DNA of 64,000 nucleotides. Origin: Vicinamibacterales bacterium (GTDB taxonomy: Bacteria > Acidobacteriota > Vicinamibacteria > Vicinamibacterales > JAMQPK01). Below are positions 35,625 through 45,331 of this stretch, in pieces. The notes beneath the pieces are model-generated. The model did no database searches. It was not told where the DNA came from and saw nothing but the letters and a program-made list of their open reading frames with translations. Location of the stretch: assembly GCA_963744405.1 (NCBI GenBank), contig CAVUTO010000018.1, forward strand, positions 881 to 64,880, read 5' to 3'. Within the stretch, counting starts at the first letter, position 1; each line of letters opens with the position of its first letter. The translations under genes and the position numbers were made by a program.

Positions 35625-36054
35625 TCATCGCCGGTATGCGGCGCGTCGGCCTTTTAGATCCGCGACCGTCGCCGCATGGCGGGCGTCCTGCGCCAGGTTC
35701 GTCGTTTCGCCGGAATCGCGTTCCATGTCGTAGAGCTGCGCGCCATCCTGCCCCGCACCCCACTCGATGTAGCGCCATCGGTCGGTCCGCACCGCATAAC
35801 CGTTCTGTGTCTGCGTGAACGCGGCGTCTTTGACCGACGCTGACGGGTTGTCGACGAGCGGCGCGAGGCTGACGCCGTCGAGCGGCCCTGCGAGCTTGAT
35901 GCCGGCGAGCTCTGCAAGCGTCGGATACAAGTCGACGAGCTCGGCGAGGCCGCGCGCTGCCGCGCCCCTTACCTTCGCACGTGGAACTGCGATGATGAGC
36001 GGAACCCGCGCGCTCCGCTCGAACAGGCTCCGTTTTTGCCACAGGCCGTGATCG
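35625..36054 (-). pseudogene. Sulfatase 3' fragment (last ~143 codons), duplicate of 41216-41645
   Basis: 35620-36054 versus 41211-41645: 435 nt, 9 substitutions, no indels (by eye). Homology stops abruptly at 36054. The ORF-track extension to 36275 is unrelated read-through. Confidence 0.7.
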
Positions 36055-36121
36055 ACTACAGGCGCAGCCGCCAAACGCTGGACACAATGCCGGTCACTGG
36101 GCCTGCCGCAGAGTTTGCGGT

Positions 36122-36337
36122 GATGTCCGGAACGGATACGTGGCCACGTACACGCGCGAGAGGCCGGGTATGAGCGCGTTCGCGCTCGAGGACGGCGTCG
36201 TGTATCACACCTACTCCACTTATGCGCGTTGAGTGGACGGCCTCTGGGGCATGTACCAGTGGCTCGACCGCGCACCCAAGGGGCGCAACGAGGTGGGCGC
36301 CTGGTGGCGCCGCCATGACGAGTACAACAAGGGCTAG
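36122..36337 (+). pseudogene. DUF899 (thioredoxin-like) C-terminal fragment with an in-frame TGA
   Basis: 'DVRNGYVATYTRERPGMSAFALEDGVVYHTYSTYAR*VDGLWGMYQWLDRAPKGRNEVGAWWRRHDEYNKG'. The TGA at 36230-36232 sits where the family has Gly. The N-terminal ~150 aa are missing. Confidence 0.55.
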
Positions 36338-36469
36338 AGCATTTCAGAATGCTCTGATGCAGCCGGTTCCTGGTCCTGTTCCCGGGTTCCGGTGTTCGCG
36401 GTGGGCGGCTGATTCAGGACGATAAGTGCAGCCTTCACGATCCTCTGGGCCTTACTTTCGGCCGCTCAG

Positions 36470-36475
36470 TATAAT
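36470..36475 (+). promoter_or_regulatory. TATAAT -10 box 8 nt upstream of the GTG start (leaderless or near-leaderless transcript)
   Basis: A perfect TATAAT is followed by CCCCGGTC and then the GTG at 36484. No Shine-Dalgarno sequence is present. Confidence 0.3.
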
Positions 36476-36483
36476 CCCCGGTC

Positions 36484-39138
36484 GTGGCCTTACGACTCTT
36501 CCGCGCCGTCGTGTTCTTTGTCGCGGTCGCAGCGACCCTCGGCTTCGCCGCGCAGATCAATCGCTCATGGCCTCCGAGGCTCGCGACCGTGCCTGAGATG
36601 TCCCCTCCGCTGGCGCCAGAGGAGGCGCTGAAGAAGTTCTCTATGCCGCCGGGTTATCGCGTGGAGCTCGTCGCCAGCGAGCCGCTGATCCAGGACCCGG
36701 TCATGATCGAATGGGATGGGGAAGGACGGATCTGGGCCGTTGAGATGCCGGGATATATGGCAGACATCCAGGCGACCCGCGAACACGCACCAATCGGCAA
36801 GATCGTCGTTCTTGAAGACACCAACAGCGATGGCCGCATGGATAAGCGCACGGTCTTCCAGGACGGTCTGGTGCTGGCGCGATGGTTGAAGGTGCTCGAA
36901 CGCGGTGTGCTGGTCGCGGAGCCGCCGAATCTCTGGTTGTTTCAGGATACAAACGGTGATCTGCGCGCGGATCGCAAGGAGCTCGTCACGGCCGCCTACG
37001 GAAGCCGCGAGACGAATGTCGAGCACAACGCCAACGGCCTATTGTGGGCGCTCGACAATGACATCTACACCTCCGAAATCGACATCGACCTTCGACTCAA
37101 AAACGGCAAATTCGAAGTCCGGAAGACGCTGTCGCGCGGTCAGTGGGGCATCACGCAGGATGACGCCGGTCGAATCTATAGAAACACGAACCAATCGGCG
37201 CTGCACGTCGATCTCATTCCTGCTCGCTACTTCATGCGTCATACGAATCTGCTTCGGACGCGCGGCAGCTACGAATCGCTGACCGGACCGAATGGTGAGC
37301 TGAACGACGTCTGGCCCATTCGCCCCACGCGCGGCGTCAACCGCGGCTATCAACACGGAATTCTCCGCCCAGATGGGACGCTCGCGAAATATACGTCCGT
37401 GTGCGCGCCGCTTGTGTATCGCGGGGACCGGCTACCCTCCGAGCTGTATGGAAACGTTTTCGTTGTCGACCCAACGGTGAACCTCGTCAGCCGATTCATT
37501 TTGAGTGACAGTGGCAACGGTCTGACGGCTGGCAAGGCTTATCGCAATGTTCGCGGCGAGTTCCTCGCCTCGACCGACGAACTCTTCCGCCCCGTGAATC
37601 TCTCACTCGCTCCAGACGGGACGCTGTACGTCGTCGACATGTACCGCGGAATCATCGAGCACAAGGGATACATAACGGAGTATCTGCGCGACTACATATC
37701 GACGCACAAGCTCGAGCAACCGACTTCGTACGGGCGCATCTATCGCATCGTGCACGACACGACGCGCCGCGATACGACGCCGCTGTCGATGCGCGCCACA
37801 CCGGCGCAGCTCATTGGATGGCTGTCGCATCCGAATGGATGGCGGCGCGATCGGGCCCAGCAGCTCCTTGTCGAGCGTGGTGATAAGTCAGTCGTCCCTG
37901 CGCTGCGGAAGTTAGCAGATGGCGCCACAGATGTCCGCACGCGACTCCACGCCTTGTGGACGCTGGACGCACTTGACGCTGTCGAGCCCGCGTCGGTCAC
38001 CCAGGCGCTTGCGCATCCGAACCGGGACATTCGCGTGTCGGCGCTACGTATCGCCGAACGGTGGTTCGGCCAGCCGAATCATCCGATCCAGGGTGAGGTT
38101 CTCAAGCTCCTCGACGATCGAGATTGGGCCGTCCGGCGTCAGCTCGCGGCGACGCTCGGAGAGCTTCCCGCCGCATCGAAGGAAAGCGCGTTGGCAAACC
38201 TGCTCGAACGGCATGGTGATGATCCGATTGCCCTCGACGCGGCCATCAGCGGCATGCGGGGCAGCGAGCTGGCAGTCCTCGACCGGTTGCTGCAAGCCGC
38301 ATCCGAGACGCCGCAACGTTCTGCGGCAATGACCATGCTGGCCGCGACGATCGTGAGAACGAGCGAAGATGCGCCCGTACAGGCATTGCTCGGTCGTGTC
38401 TCGGAAAACACACGAGCGAGCTGGCAGAGATCGGCGCTGCTTCGTGGCGCCGAAGTGGCGTTGCTGGGAGCGACGATGCCGGGGGCGCCGAGTCGTGGTG
38501 GGGGCGATCCAAACGCGCCGTGCGAGACCTGTCCCGGTGGACGAGGTGGTCCCGGTGGCGCACGCGCATTTCCAGGCGCGCTGGCTGGTGCGACTCCGCC
38601 GGCGCCGCCAGCTCGCGCCGGTGGGCCGTTCCTGACGCTCGGCCGCGAGCCCGCGCTGATTGCGATTGCCGCCGGCAGCGGCGAGCTGGCCGATCGCGCG
38701 ACTAAAGTGCTCGCGCGAATTGGTTGGCCAGGCAAACCAGGCGCGGGGCCGGCTGCTGCGCCGCTGACGCTGGGTGAGCAGAAGCGGTTTACAGCCGGCC
38801 AGGAAATCTACAAGGACCTCTGCGCAGGCTGCCATGGTGCCGACGGCCGGGAGCAACCGGGCGCCGCACCCAACATCGTCGGATCGCCCACCGTTGTCGG
38901 CTCAGCCGGCTTGCCTATCCGCGTACTCCTTCACGGCAAGGAAGGTCCTGTCGGGCTCATGCCTGCGCATGGCGAGACGCTGAACGATGAGGAGATTGCC
39001 GCGGTCCTCACCTTCATCCGTCGAGCGTGGGGACAGGCTGGTACACCTATAGATCCGTCAGCAGTTCAACAGATTAGAGCCGCTACCGCCGACCGCGCAC
39101 GCGCGTGGACGCCTGAGGAACTCTCGCAGACTAAATGA
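36484..39138 (+). CDS. PVC-type haem-binding CxxCH protein (membrane-bound dehydrogenase-like domain + HEAT repeats + C-terminal cytochrome c)
   Basis: 'PPGYRVELVASEPLIQDPVMIEWDGEGRIWAVEMPGY', HEAT-like 'VRTRLHALWTLDAL...HPNRDIRVSALRIA', and the haem motif 'CAGCHGADG' with 'AHGETLNDEEIAAVLTFIR'. Confidence 0.75.
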   Translation: MALRLFRAVVFFVAVAATLGFAAQINRSWPPRLATVPEMSPPLAPEEALKKFSMPPGYRVELVASEPLIQDPVMIEWDGEGRIWAVEMPGYMADIQATREHAPIGKIVVLEDTNSDGRMDKRTVFQDGLVLARWLKVLERGVLVAEPPNLWLFQDTNGDLRADRKELVTAAYGSRETNVEHNANGLLWALDNDIYTSEIDIDLRLKNGKFEVRKTLSRGQWGITQDDAGRIYRNTNQSALHVDLIPARYFMRHTNLLRTRGSYESLTGPNGELNDVWPIRPTRGVNRGYQHGILRPDGTLAKYTSVCAPLVYRGDRLPSELYGNVFVVDPTVNLVSRFILSDSGNGLTAGKAYRNVRGEFLASTDELFRPVNLSLAPDGTLYVVDMYRGIIEHKGYITEYLRDYISTHKLEQPTSYGRIYRIVHDTTRRDTTPLSMRATPAQLIGWLSHPNGWRRDRAQQLLVERGDKSVVPALRKLADGATDVRTRLHALWTLDALDAVEPASVTQALAHPNRDIRVSALRIAERWFGQPNHPIQGEVLKLLDDRDWAVRRQLAATLGELPAASKESALANLLERHGDDPIALDAAISGMRGSELAVLDRLLQAASETPQRSAAMTMLAATIVRTSEDAPVQALLGRVSENTRASWQRSALLRGAEVALLGATMPGAPSRGGGDPNAPCETCPGGRGGPGGARAFPGALAGATPPAPPARAGGPFLTLGREPALIAIAAGSGELADRATKVLARIGWPGKPGAGPAAAPLTLGEQKRFTAGQEIYKDLCAGCHGADGREQPGAAPNIVGSPTVVGSAGLPIRVLLHGKEGPVGLMPAHGETLNDEEIAAVLTFIRRAWGQAGTPIDPSAVQQIRAATADRARAWTPEELSQTK

Positions 39139-39148
39139 GGACGCAGTA

Positions 39149-40057
39149 ATGATTGCTTATTCTCGAAGAGAGCTCTTGGGTGCATGCCTTGCTTTGACCG
39201 CTGTGCCATGGCTTCAGGCACAAGACAGCGGCGACCCGATCCTGGATCTGCACCAGCACACACCTTATAACAAGCGGCCACGTGACTTGGTCTTGGCCCA
39301 CCAGAGCCAGCACCGTGTCAAGACCACAGTGCTGTTGCCCGGCGAAGGGTGGATGCTGAAAATTGTCGGCGGTAACCGGGAATGTGCCGCGTTTGAGGCA
39401 GAGCATGCAGGTCGATTTGTCCGGTTTGCGACTGCCGATCCGGCAGAGTCGCGCGCGATAGACGTCTTGAGGGGACATGTCGAGCGGGGCGCCATCGGGT
39501 TCGGCGAGATGAAGTATCACGTTGCCGTTGACTCTCCCGAGATGCATCGGGTCTACAAACTTGCCGAGGAACTGAGTGTTCCGGTGCTGCTGCATTTTGA
39601 GCATGAAATGTACAATACCGGCTTCGAGCGTTTTGAAAAGATCCTCAAGGAATATCCTCGAGTAAACTTCATCGGCCACGCCCAGACCTGGTGGGGAAAC
39701 CTGAGTTCGGAATTGGATCCTCTGGACATGTATCCGAAAGGGCGAGTGAAAGCCGGGGGACTCACCGAAAAACTTCTGCAAGACTACGGAAACCTTTACG
39801 CCGACCTGTCAGCCGGCTCTGGCCTGAATGCCATCACCCGAGATCCGGAGTTCTATCGCGGCTTCATCGAACGGCACAGTCGAAAGCTCGTCTGGGGCAG
39901 TGACTGTGACTGTCACGATGGAAAGGGGAGTGGAATCGGAAGCGCACGGTGCCTTGCGGCACAGTCGTTGGAACTTCTGCGTAAACTATCACCTGACGAG
40001 GCGACCTACCGCAGGATCGTGCACGGAAATGGGACGGCGCTGCTCAAGTTGAAGTAG
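39149..40057 (+). CDS. Amidohydrolase (Amidohydro_2-like TIM-barrel), Tat-exported
   Basis: Tat-like 'SRRELLGACLALTAVPWLQA'. 'ILDLHQHT', 'VPVLLHFEHE', 'NFIGHAQTWW' and 'KLVWGSDCDCHD'. Confidence 0.7.
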   Translation: MIAYSRRELLGACLALTAVPWLQAQDSGDPILDLHQHTPYNKRPRDLVLAHQSQHRVKTTVLLPGEGWMLKIVGGNRECAAFEAEHAGRFVRFATADPAESRAIDVLRGHVERGAIGFGEMKYHVAVDSPEMHRVYKLAEELSVPVLLHFEHEMYNTGFERFEKILKEYPRVNFIGHAQTWWGNLSSELDPLDMYPKGRVKAGGLTEKLLQDYGNLYADLSAGSGLNAITRDPEFYRGFIERHSRKLVWGSDCDCHDGKGSGIGSARCLAAQSLELLRKLSPDEATYRRIVHGNGTALLKLK

Positions 40058-41201
40058 GCGCCGTCGCACGGCGTGGATGAAATTGCTCATGCGTGTGCTT
40101 TTCGACCGCATCCATGTTCAGAGCGATGCCCAACCCGGGTGTGTCTGGCACCGCTAGCAGGCCATCGCTACCCAACCTCCATGGGTCAGCGACCAAGTCA
40201 TCAATGAACGGCGATCCGGTGAGGTACTCGACCATATTGGTGTTTCGAATCGCAGACGCCAACTGCAGGTCGGCGGCCAATCCCAGCGCGGTGTTCCATC
40301 CGTGCGGGATGAACTGCACGCCGTTATCCTCAGCCATCCAGGCGATCCGCCGCGCTTCACTGATTCCCCCGACTTTAGTCGCGTCGGGCTGCACGATGTC
40401 GAGCGCTCGCTGCTGACACCACGGAACAAACGACTGCCTCCTGGTCAACACTTCCCCTCCGGCAATCTTCACCGGTGCTCGTTCGCGGAGCAGCACGTAA
40501 TCCTGCAAATTGTCCGGCGGAACGGGTTCTTCAAACCAGTACACGTCGTAGGCGGCCAACATGTCACCGGTCCGCAACGCCCATTTGTAATCCTGCGGCC
40601 AGAAGGCATCGCTCGCGCCCGCATCCACCATGAGCATCGCGTCAGGGCCGATGGCCTCGCGTGCTGCCTTGACGACCGCCTCGTCCCGTGCTGCGCTTTG
40701 CCGCCCAAACGGTCCCCAGCCAATCTTGTACGCGCGAAATCCCTGACCGCGAACGGCAAGCAGATGGTCCACGAGGGCGCCAGGTTCGGTTATCAAGATT
40801 GACGCGTAGGGCATCACTCGCTCACGGTATCGTCCACCCAGCAACCGACCCGCAGGCTGGCGCGTGAACTTGCCAAGAATGTCCCATAGGGCAATATCGA
40901 TTCCGCTGATGGCGTGTGTAACGGAGCCCCCGCGACCCATCCAGAACGTATGTGCGTGTAGTTTCTCGTTGACCCGTTCTGGTTCGAGCGGGTTCTCGCC
41001 TAAGTAAAGCGGCTCCAAGACTGTCAAAGCGCCGCGAACCAGCTGATCGTTCGTGAAAACAGACCCCCAGCCTGTGACACCTTCGTCCGTAAACACCGCA
41101 ATGAGCGTGTGCACACAGTCATCCGGCTGGATCTCTTTGGCCCAGCCGCCTTCGGGCGTCCCGTGCCGCAGACCTGCCGATCTGACTTCGACGATCTTCA
41201 T
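40044..41201 (-). CDS. Enolase-superfamily enzyme (mandelate racemase/muconate lactonising family, sugar-acid dehydratase-like)
   Basis: 'GFRAYKIGWG', 'LMVDAGASDAFW', 'YWFEEPV' and 'IAGGEVL...DIVQPDATKVGGISE'. Confidence 0.8.
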   Translation of the reverse strand: MKIVEVRSAGLRHGTPEGGWAKEIQPDDCVHTLIAVFTDEGVTGWGSVFTNDQLVRGALTVLEPLYLGENPLEPERVNEKLHAHTFWMGRGGSVTHAISGIDIALWDILGKFTRQPAGRLLGGRYRERVMPYASILITEPGALVDHLLAVRGQGFRAYKIGWGPFGRQSAARDEAVVKAAREAIGPDAMLMVDAGASDAFWPQDYKWALRTGDMLAAYDVYWFEEPVPPDNLQDYVLLRERAPVKIAGGEVLTRRQSFVPWCQQRALDIVQPDATKVGGISEARRIAWMAEDNGVQFIPHGWNTALGLAADLQLASAIRNTNMVEYLTGSPFIDDLVADPWRLGSDGLLAVPDTPGLGIALNMDAVEKHTHEQFHPRRATAPTST

Positions 41202-41215
41202 TCAGCGATTGTCGC

Positions 41216-42619
41216 TCATCGCCGGTACGCGGCGAGTCGGCCTTTCAGATCCGCGACCGTCGCCGCATGGCGGGCGTCCTGCGCCAGGTTCGTCGTTTCG
41301 CCGGAATCGCGTTCCATGTCGTAGAGCTGCACGCCATCCTGCCCCGCACCCCACTCGATGTAGCGCCATCGGTCGGTCCGCACCGCATAACCGTTCTGTG
41401 TCTGCGTGAACGCGGCGTCTTTGACCGACGCTGACGGGTTGTCGACGAGCGGCGCGAGGCTGACGCCGTCGAGCGGCCCCGCGAGCTTGATGCCGGCGAG
41501 CTCTGCAAGCGTCGGATACAAGTCGACGAGCTCGGCGAGGCCGCGCGCCGCCGCGCCCCTTGCCTTCGCACGTGGGACTGCGATGATGAGCGGAACTCGC
41601 GCGCTCCGCTCGAACAGGCTCCGTTTTTGCCACAGGCCGTGATCGGCCAGGTGATATCCGTGATCGCTCGTGAAGACGACGATCGTGCTGTCGGCAAGAC
41701 CCAGACGATCCAGCGCGTCGAGCACCTGGCCAACCTGCGCGTCCATGAAGGTGGTCGAGGCCCAATAGGCCTGAATGGCCGCGCGGCGCTGGTCGTCGGT
41801 CATGACGTCTTGTTCTTTGAAGGCGCTCTGATAGGCCGGCGCCGGCCTCCGCGCCCGATCGTCGTCTGAGAGCCGCGGCAGCTCGATCGCTTTCATGGGG
41901 TAGAGATCGAAATATGATTTGGGCGCGACATACGGTGTGTGCGGCCGGTAGAATCCGACAGCCAGAAAGAAGGGTTGATTGTCTCGCTTGAAGCGCTCGA
42001 GCAGCCGCACGGCTTCATGCGCGGCGATGCCGTCGGTCTGCTCGGAATCCGGTCCTTCGTCGGCCAGCCAGCTGAGAGTCGCACCGAACTGTCCCGGCAG
42101 GAGCGAGAAGATCTTGTGGTGACTCTCGCGGTCGCGTCCGCGCGGATTGATCGTGAGATCCCACGATGGATAATCGTCGAGGCCGGCGGTTCCGATGTTG
42201 TTCGGCACGCCATAGTGATAGAGCTTGCCGACCCGGGCTGCGACCCAGCCGTTCGTGCGAAATGCCTGCGGCAGCGTCACTGCACCGGGCAGCTTCTCGC
42301 GGAAGTGCGGCGACATGGGGTTTTTGCCCGGATTCGACAGTACACCCGTCGCGTCGGGGCGTCGCCCGGTAAGAAACGACGAGCGGCTCGGGCTGCACAA
42401 CGGATATTGGTTGTAGGCGCGATCGAATCGCACTCCGCGCGCCGCCAGCCGGTCGATGTTCGGCGATCGAACCGTGCTGCCGTAGGCGCCCAGGTCATTG
42501 TTCAGATCGTCTGCGATCAGAAACAGGATGTTCAGTCGCGGTGGCGGCGACTGCGCCTGGACGAACATTGAGACGGCCAGGAGAGAAACGGCGAGACAGG
42601 CCAGCAGTTTTCGAGACAT
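41216..42619 (-). CDS. Sulfatase (formylglycine-dependent, iduronate-2-sulfatase-like), secreted
   Basis: Signal peptide, 'NILFLIADDLN', the FGly motif 'LCSPSRSSFLTGRRP', 'GKLYHYG' and 'IVVFTSDHGYHLADHGLWQK'. Confidence 0.85.
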   Translation of the reverse strand: MSRKLLACLAVSLLAVSMFVQAQSPPPRLNILFLIADDLNNDLGAYGSTVRSPNIDRLAARGVRFDRAYNQYPLCSPSRSSFLTGRRPDATGVLSNPGKNPMSPHFREKLPGAVTLPQAFRTNGWVAARVGKLYHYGVPNNIGTAGLDDYPSWDLTINPRGRDRESHHKIFSLLPGQFGATLSWLADEGPDSEQTDGIAAHEAVRLLERFKRDNQPFFLAVGFYRPHTPYVAPKSYFDLYPMKAIELPRLSDDDRARRPAPAYQSAFKEQDVMTDDQRRAAIQAYWASTTFMDAQVGQVLDALDRLGLADSTIVVFTSDHGYHLADHGLWQKRSLFERSARVPLIIAVPRAKARGAAARGLAELVDLYPTLAELAGIKLAGPLDGVSLAPLVDNPSASVKDAAFTQTQNGYAVRTDRWRYIEWGAGQDGVQLYDMERDSGETTNLAQDARHAATVADLKGRLAAYRR

Positions 42620-42703
42620 CGCTTACCTCCGCGGACCATCGACTGACGATCGACGAGAACGGCGTAGATTACACGATCCAACCTGCAGCCGAAAGGTTAT
42701 AGG

Positions 42704-44131
42704 ATGCAAGGGTTCCGCAAGCCAACGCGCTCGCTCCTCAGTATTCTCGTTGTTGCGGTTTCGGCCGTCGCATTTCTCGTATCGACCGGCGTGGGATTCG
42801 TGTGGCCTCTTGCATGGCTCGCGCCGATTCCCGTTCTGGTGCTGGCCGTTCACCGTTCCTGGCGAGTAACCGCCGTTGTTGCCTTCACCGCGTCGCTTCT
42901 AGGTGATCTCAGTCTGGCTCGAACATACGGGCCGGGTGCCGTGCTCATCTTCGGAGTCCCTCCGGCGTTGGCATTTGCCGCGGCGACGCTGGTCACTCGC
43001 TCTGCCGCGCGGCGACTGCCGGCCCCGTTGGCGGTCTTCGCGTTTCCAACGATGCTGACATCCTACGAGTTCCTGTTTTCGCGCATCTCGCCCAACGGCA
43101 CCTTCTGGAGTCTTGGATACTCGCAAACCGATTTTCTCCCGCTGCTTCAAGTCGTCTCGCTGACAGGGCTCTGGGGCGTAGTGTTCGTCCTGACGCTCGT
43201 CCCCTCGGCGGCGGCGCTCGCCATCTTTCGTCGCTCCTTTGCGCCGTTGATTCCAGCACTCGTGATCTTGCTGGCCGCGCTGGGCTTTGGAGCGTGGCGG
43301 TTAATGGACGCGTCCGACGAGGCCGGCGTGCGTGTCGGACTGGCCGCAACGGACCGCGGTTTGCCCGACGCATCGATCACTACGGATCCATCGATGGCGC
43401 TCACTGCAGCCGCCGCGTACGCGGACCGCGTCGCTCGCTTGGCGGTCCAGGGCGCGCAGATTGTCGTGCTCCCGGAAAAAATGGTCGGCGTGACATCAGA
43501 CAGTGCAGACGTTGTGGTGAAAGTGTTCAGCGATGCCGCCCGCGCGGCACACGTTACGGTGATTGCCGGTGTGAGCCGCAACGGAGTCCAGCCCAGACGC
43601 AACATGGCCCTGGTCATCGCTCAAGACGGAACGCTCGTCGTGGAGTACGAGAAGCGTTACCTGGTCCCGATGATAGAAACGACCTTCGCCAGCGGAAACA
43701 CGCCCGGCCTGTTTGCGGGTCCTGGGGCGGACTGGGGCGTGGCCATCTGTAAAGATCTCGACTTCCCGGCCTGGTCGCGCGCCTACGGCCAGCACGGTGT
43801 GCGCTTGATGGCAGTGCCGGCGTGGGACTTCGTCCGCGACGCCCGCATGCATTCGCGGATGGCGGTCATGCGCGGCGTCGAGAACGGATTCGCCATCGCT
43901 CGCTCCGCCCAGGAGGGACTCGTCACGTTCAGTGACGCCTACGGCCGCATCCTCGGTGAGCAATCTAGTGCCGCCGATCCCATGATGGTGCAAAGCGTCC
44001 CCATCGGTCCGGGAGCGACGCTTTACACGCGGTACGGAGACTGGTTTGGATGGGCGAACGTCATGGCGCTGGGCGCACTGTTGCTGGGGCTCATCCCCGC
44101 CATCGCACTGAATTCGAAGAGGGCCGGCTAA
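42704..44131 (+). CDS. Apolipoprotein N-acyltransferase-like protein (polytopic N-domain + CN-hydrolase domain)
   Basis: About 6 TM helices, then 'QIVVLPEKMV', 'YEKRYLVP' and 'GVAICKDLDF' (Glu-Lys-Cys triad pattern). Confidence 0.6.
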   Translation: MQGFRKPTRSLLSILVVAVSAVAFLVSTGVGFVWPLAWLAPIPVLVLAVHRSWRVTAVVAFTASLLGDLSLARTYGPGAVLIFGVPPALAFAAATLVTRSAARRLPAPLAVFAFPTMLTSYEFLFSRISPNGTFWSLGYSQTDFLPLLQVVSLTGLWGVVFVLTLVPSAAALAIFRRSFAPLIPALVILLAALGFGAWRLMDASDEAGVRVGLAATDRGLPDASITTDPSMALTAAAAYADRVARLAVQGAQIVVLPEKMVGVTSDSADVVVKVFSDAARAAHVTVIAGVSRNGVQPRRNMALVIAQDGTLVVEYEKRYLVPMIETTFASGNTPGLFAGPGADWGVAICKDLDFPAWSRAYGQHGVRLMAVPAWDFVRDARMHSRMAVMRGVENGFAIARSAQEGLVTFSDAYGRILGEQSSAADPMMVQSVPIGPGATLYTRYGDWFGWANVMALGALLLGLIPAIALNSKRAG

Positions 44132-44227
44132 CCTCGCGATGCACCCGATGGCCGCGGGTGACAACGTAGGATCGAATAGTGAACTCGGTGCTATCCTTCC
44201 CGCTTCGGGTCAGCGACAGGAGGGGCG

Positions 44228-45331
44228 ATGAATAGCAGGCGGTCGGTGACACGTATGCTTCCCGTCATCGTGCTCCTTCTCGCGTTGTCGCTCGCCATCG
44301 AAGGTCAGGGTCCGTTACTTCCGACTCTGGCGCGCCTGGAGGCATTGAAGCTCGCCTCTATCGAAGGCGATGTGCCCGTGCGTTACAGCAAGGGCGCTTC
44401 TCGCGATGTCGCGAGTGCACTCGCGGGGCGGATCGCTGAGTGTCGCGGTCTGCTCGCAGCAACGGGTCGTCCGTCGATCGTGCTGGCGCTACTTGACCGG
44501 TCTGACTGGGAGCGAGTGTCGGACCGTCCTTACGGAATGCCTCATCACAGCGCCGCCGACTCGCCGTATATCATCGTGATCCCACAGAACTGGAGAGACG
44601 CTGCCACGATGTTTATTGGGGTGAGAACGCACCTCGCCGGCGCGCTCGGAGAGCATGGGGTCGATCGCTACGTTCATCTCGCCGCCCTGCACGAAGCGGG
44701 ACACCTGCTCACGGACGCGGCGCTGGAAACGACAACCGAGGCCATCCGGACGCGTTTCCCGTTCTGGTATGGCGAATTCCTCGCCAACTATTTTGCGGAC
44801 GCGTGCCTCGCACCGCAGGCTGAAGAGAGCGCCTTCCGCCGCCGCGGCGCGGCGGCACTGGCGGCGATTCCTCGTCAGCGGTTCACCACCCTCGACGACG
44901 CGGACCGCCTGCTGACCGAAAGGGATCCCTCGGGGCCACCGTACGTCACGACCGAAGCCGGCGGTCTGAACTTCGCGCGGTACCAAGGGTTTACGAGTCA
45001 AATGGCGAGTCGACTGCGCGACGCAGGGCTCGGAACGACACGCATCGTTGAAGTACTGCGGCTACAGTGGGCGCGTCCGGGCCGGCAGGCGACCGACGTC
45101 CTCCTGAAGGACTTCGCTGGCATCGCGCCGGGTTGGAATGAATGGCTTGTCGAGCAGGGTGCGATCGCCAGACTAGCGCGGGGCGACACTGACGCTGCCG
45201 GACACGCTCAGCTTTTGTTCACTGACCCGACGGATACTCGCAGGCCGCGAGCCTTGTCGGGGGTAACCGCATCATCGAGGGCCGTGGACTCGGTACCGAG
45301 ATCCGGCACGATTCGCGCAACCAGATCCTGA
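44228..45331 (+). CDS. Secreted hypothetical protein with an HExxH motif (putative metallopeptidase)
   Basis: Signal 'MLPVIVLLLALSLAIEG' and 'HLAALHEAGHLLTD'. No family recognised. The last ~40 aa look low-complexity. Confidence 0.4.
   Translation: MNSRRSVTRMLPVIVLLLALSLAIEGQGPLLPTLARLEALKLASIEGDVPVRYSKGASRDVASALAGRIAECRGLLAATGRPSIVLALLDRSDWERVSDRPYGMPHHSAADSPYIIVIPQNWRDAATMFIGVRTHLAGALGEHGVDRYVHLAALHEAGHLLTDAALETTTEAIRTRFPFWYGEFLANYFADACLAPQAEESAFRRRGAAALAAIPRQRFTTLDDADRLLTERDPSGPPYVTTEAGGLNFARYQGFTSQMASRLRDAGLGTTRIVEVLRLQWARPGRQATDVLLKDFAGIAPGWNEWLVEQGAIARLARGDTDAAGHAQLLFTDPTDTRRPRALSGVTASSRAVDSVPRSGTIRATRS

Noticed and set aside
36230-36232. In-frame TGA in the DUF899 fragment as a selenocysteine codon
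   Set aside because: The gene is only a C-terminal remnant. The position is Gly in the family as I recall it, and no SECIS-like hairpin follows.
35625-36275. 216-aa ORF as a complete small sulfatase-like gene
   Set aside because: Only 35625-36054 is homologous to the sulfatase, as an exact duplicate of the 3' end. The remaining ~70 codons are read-through antisense to the DUF899 fragment.
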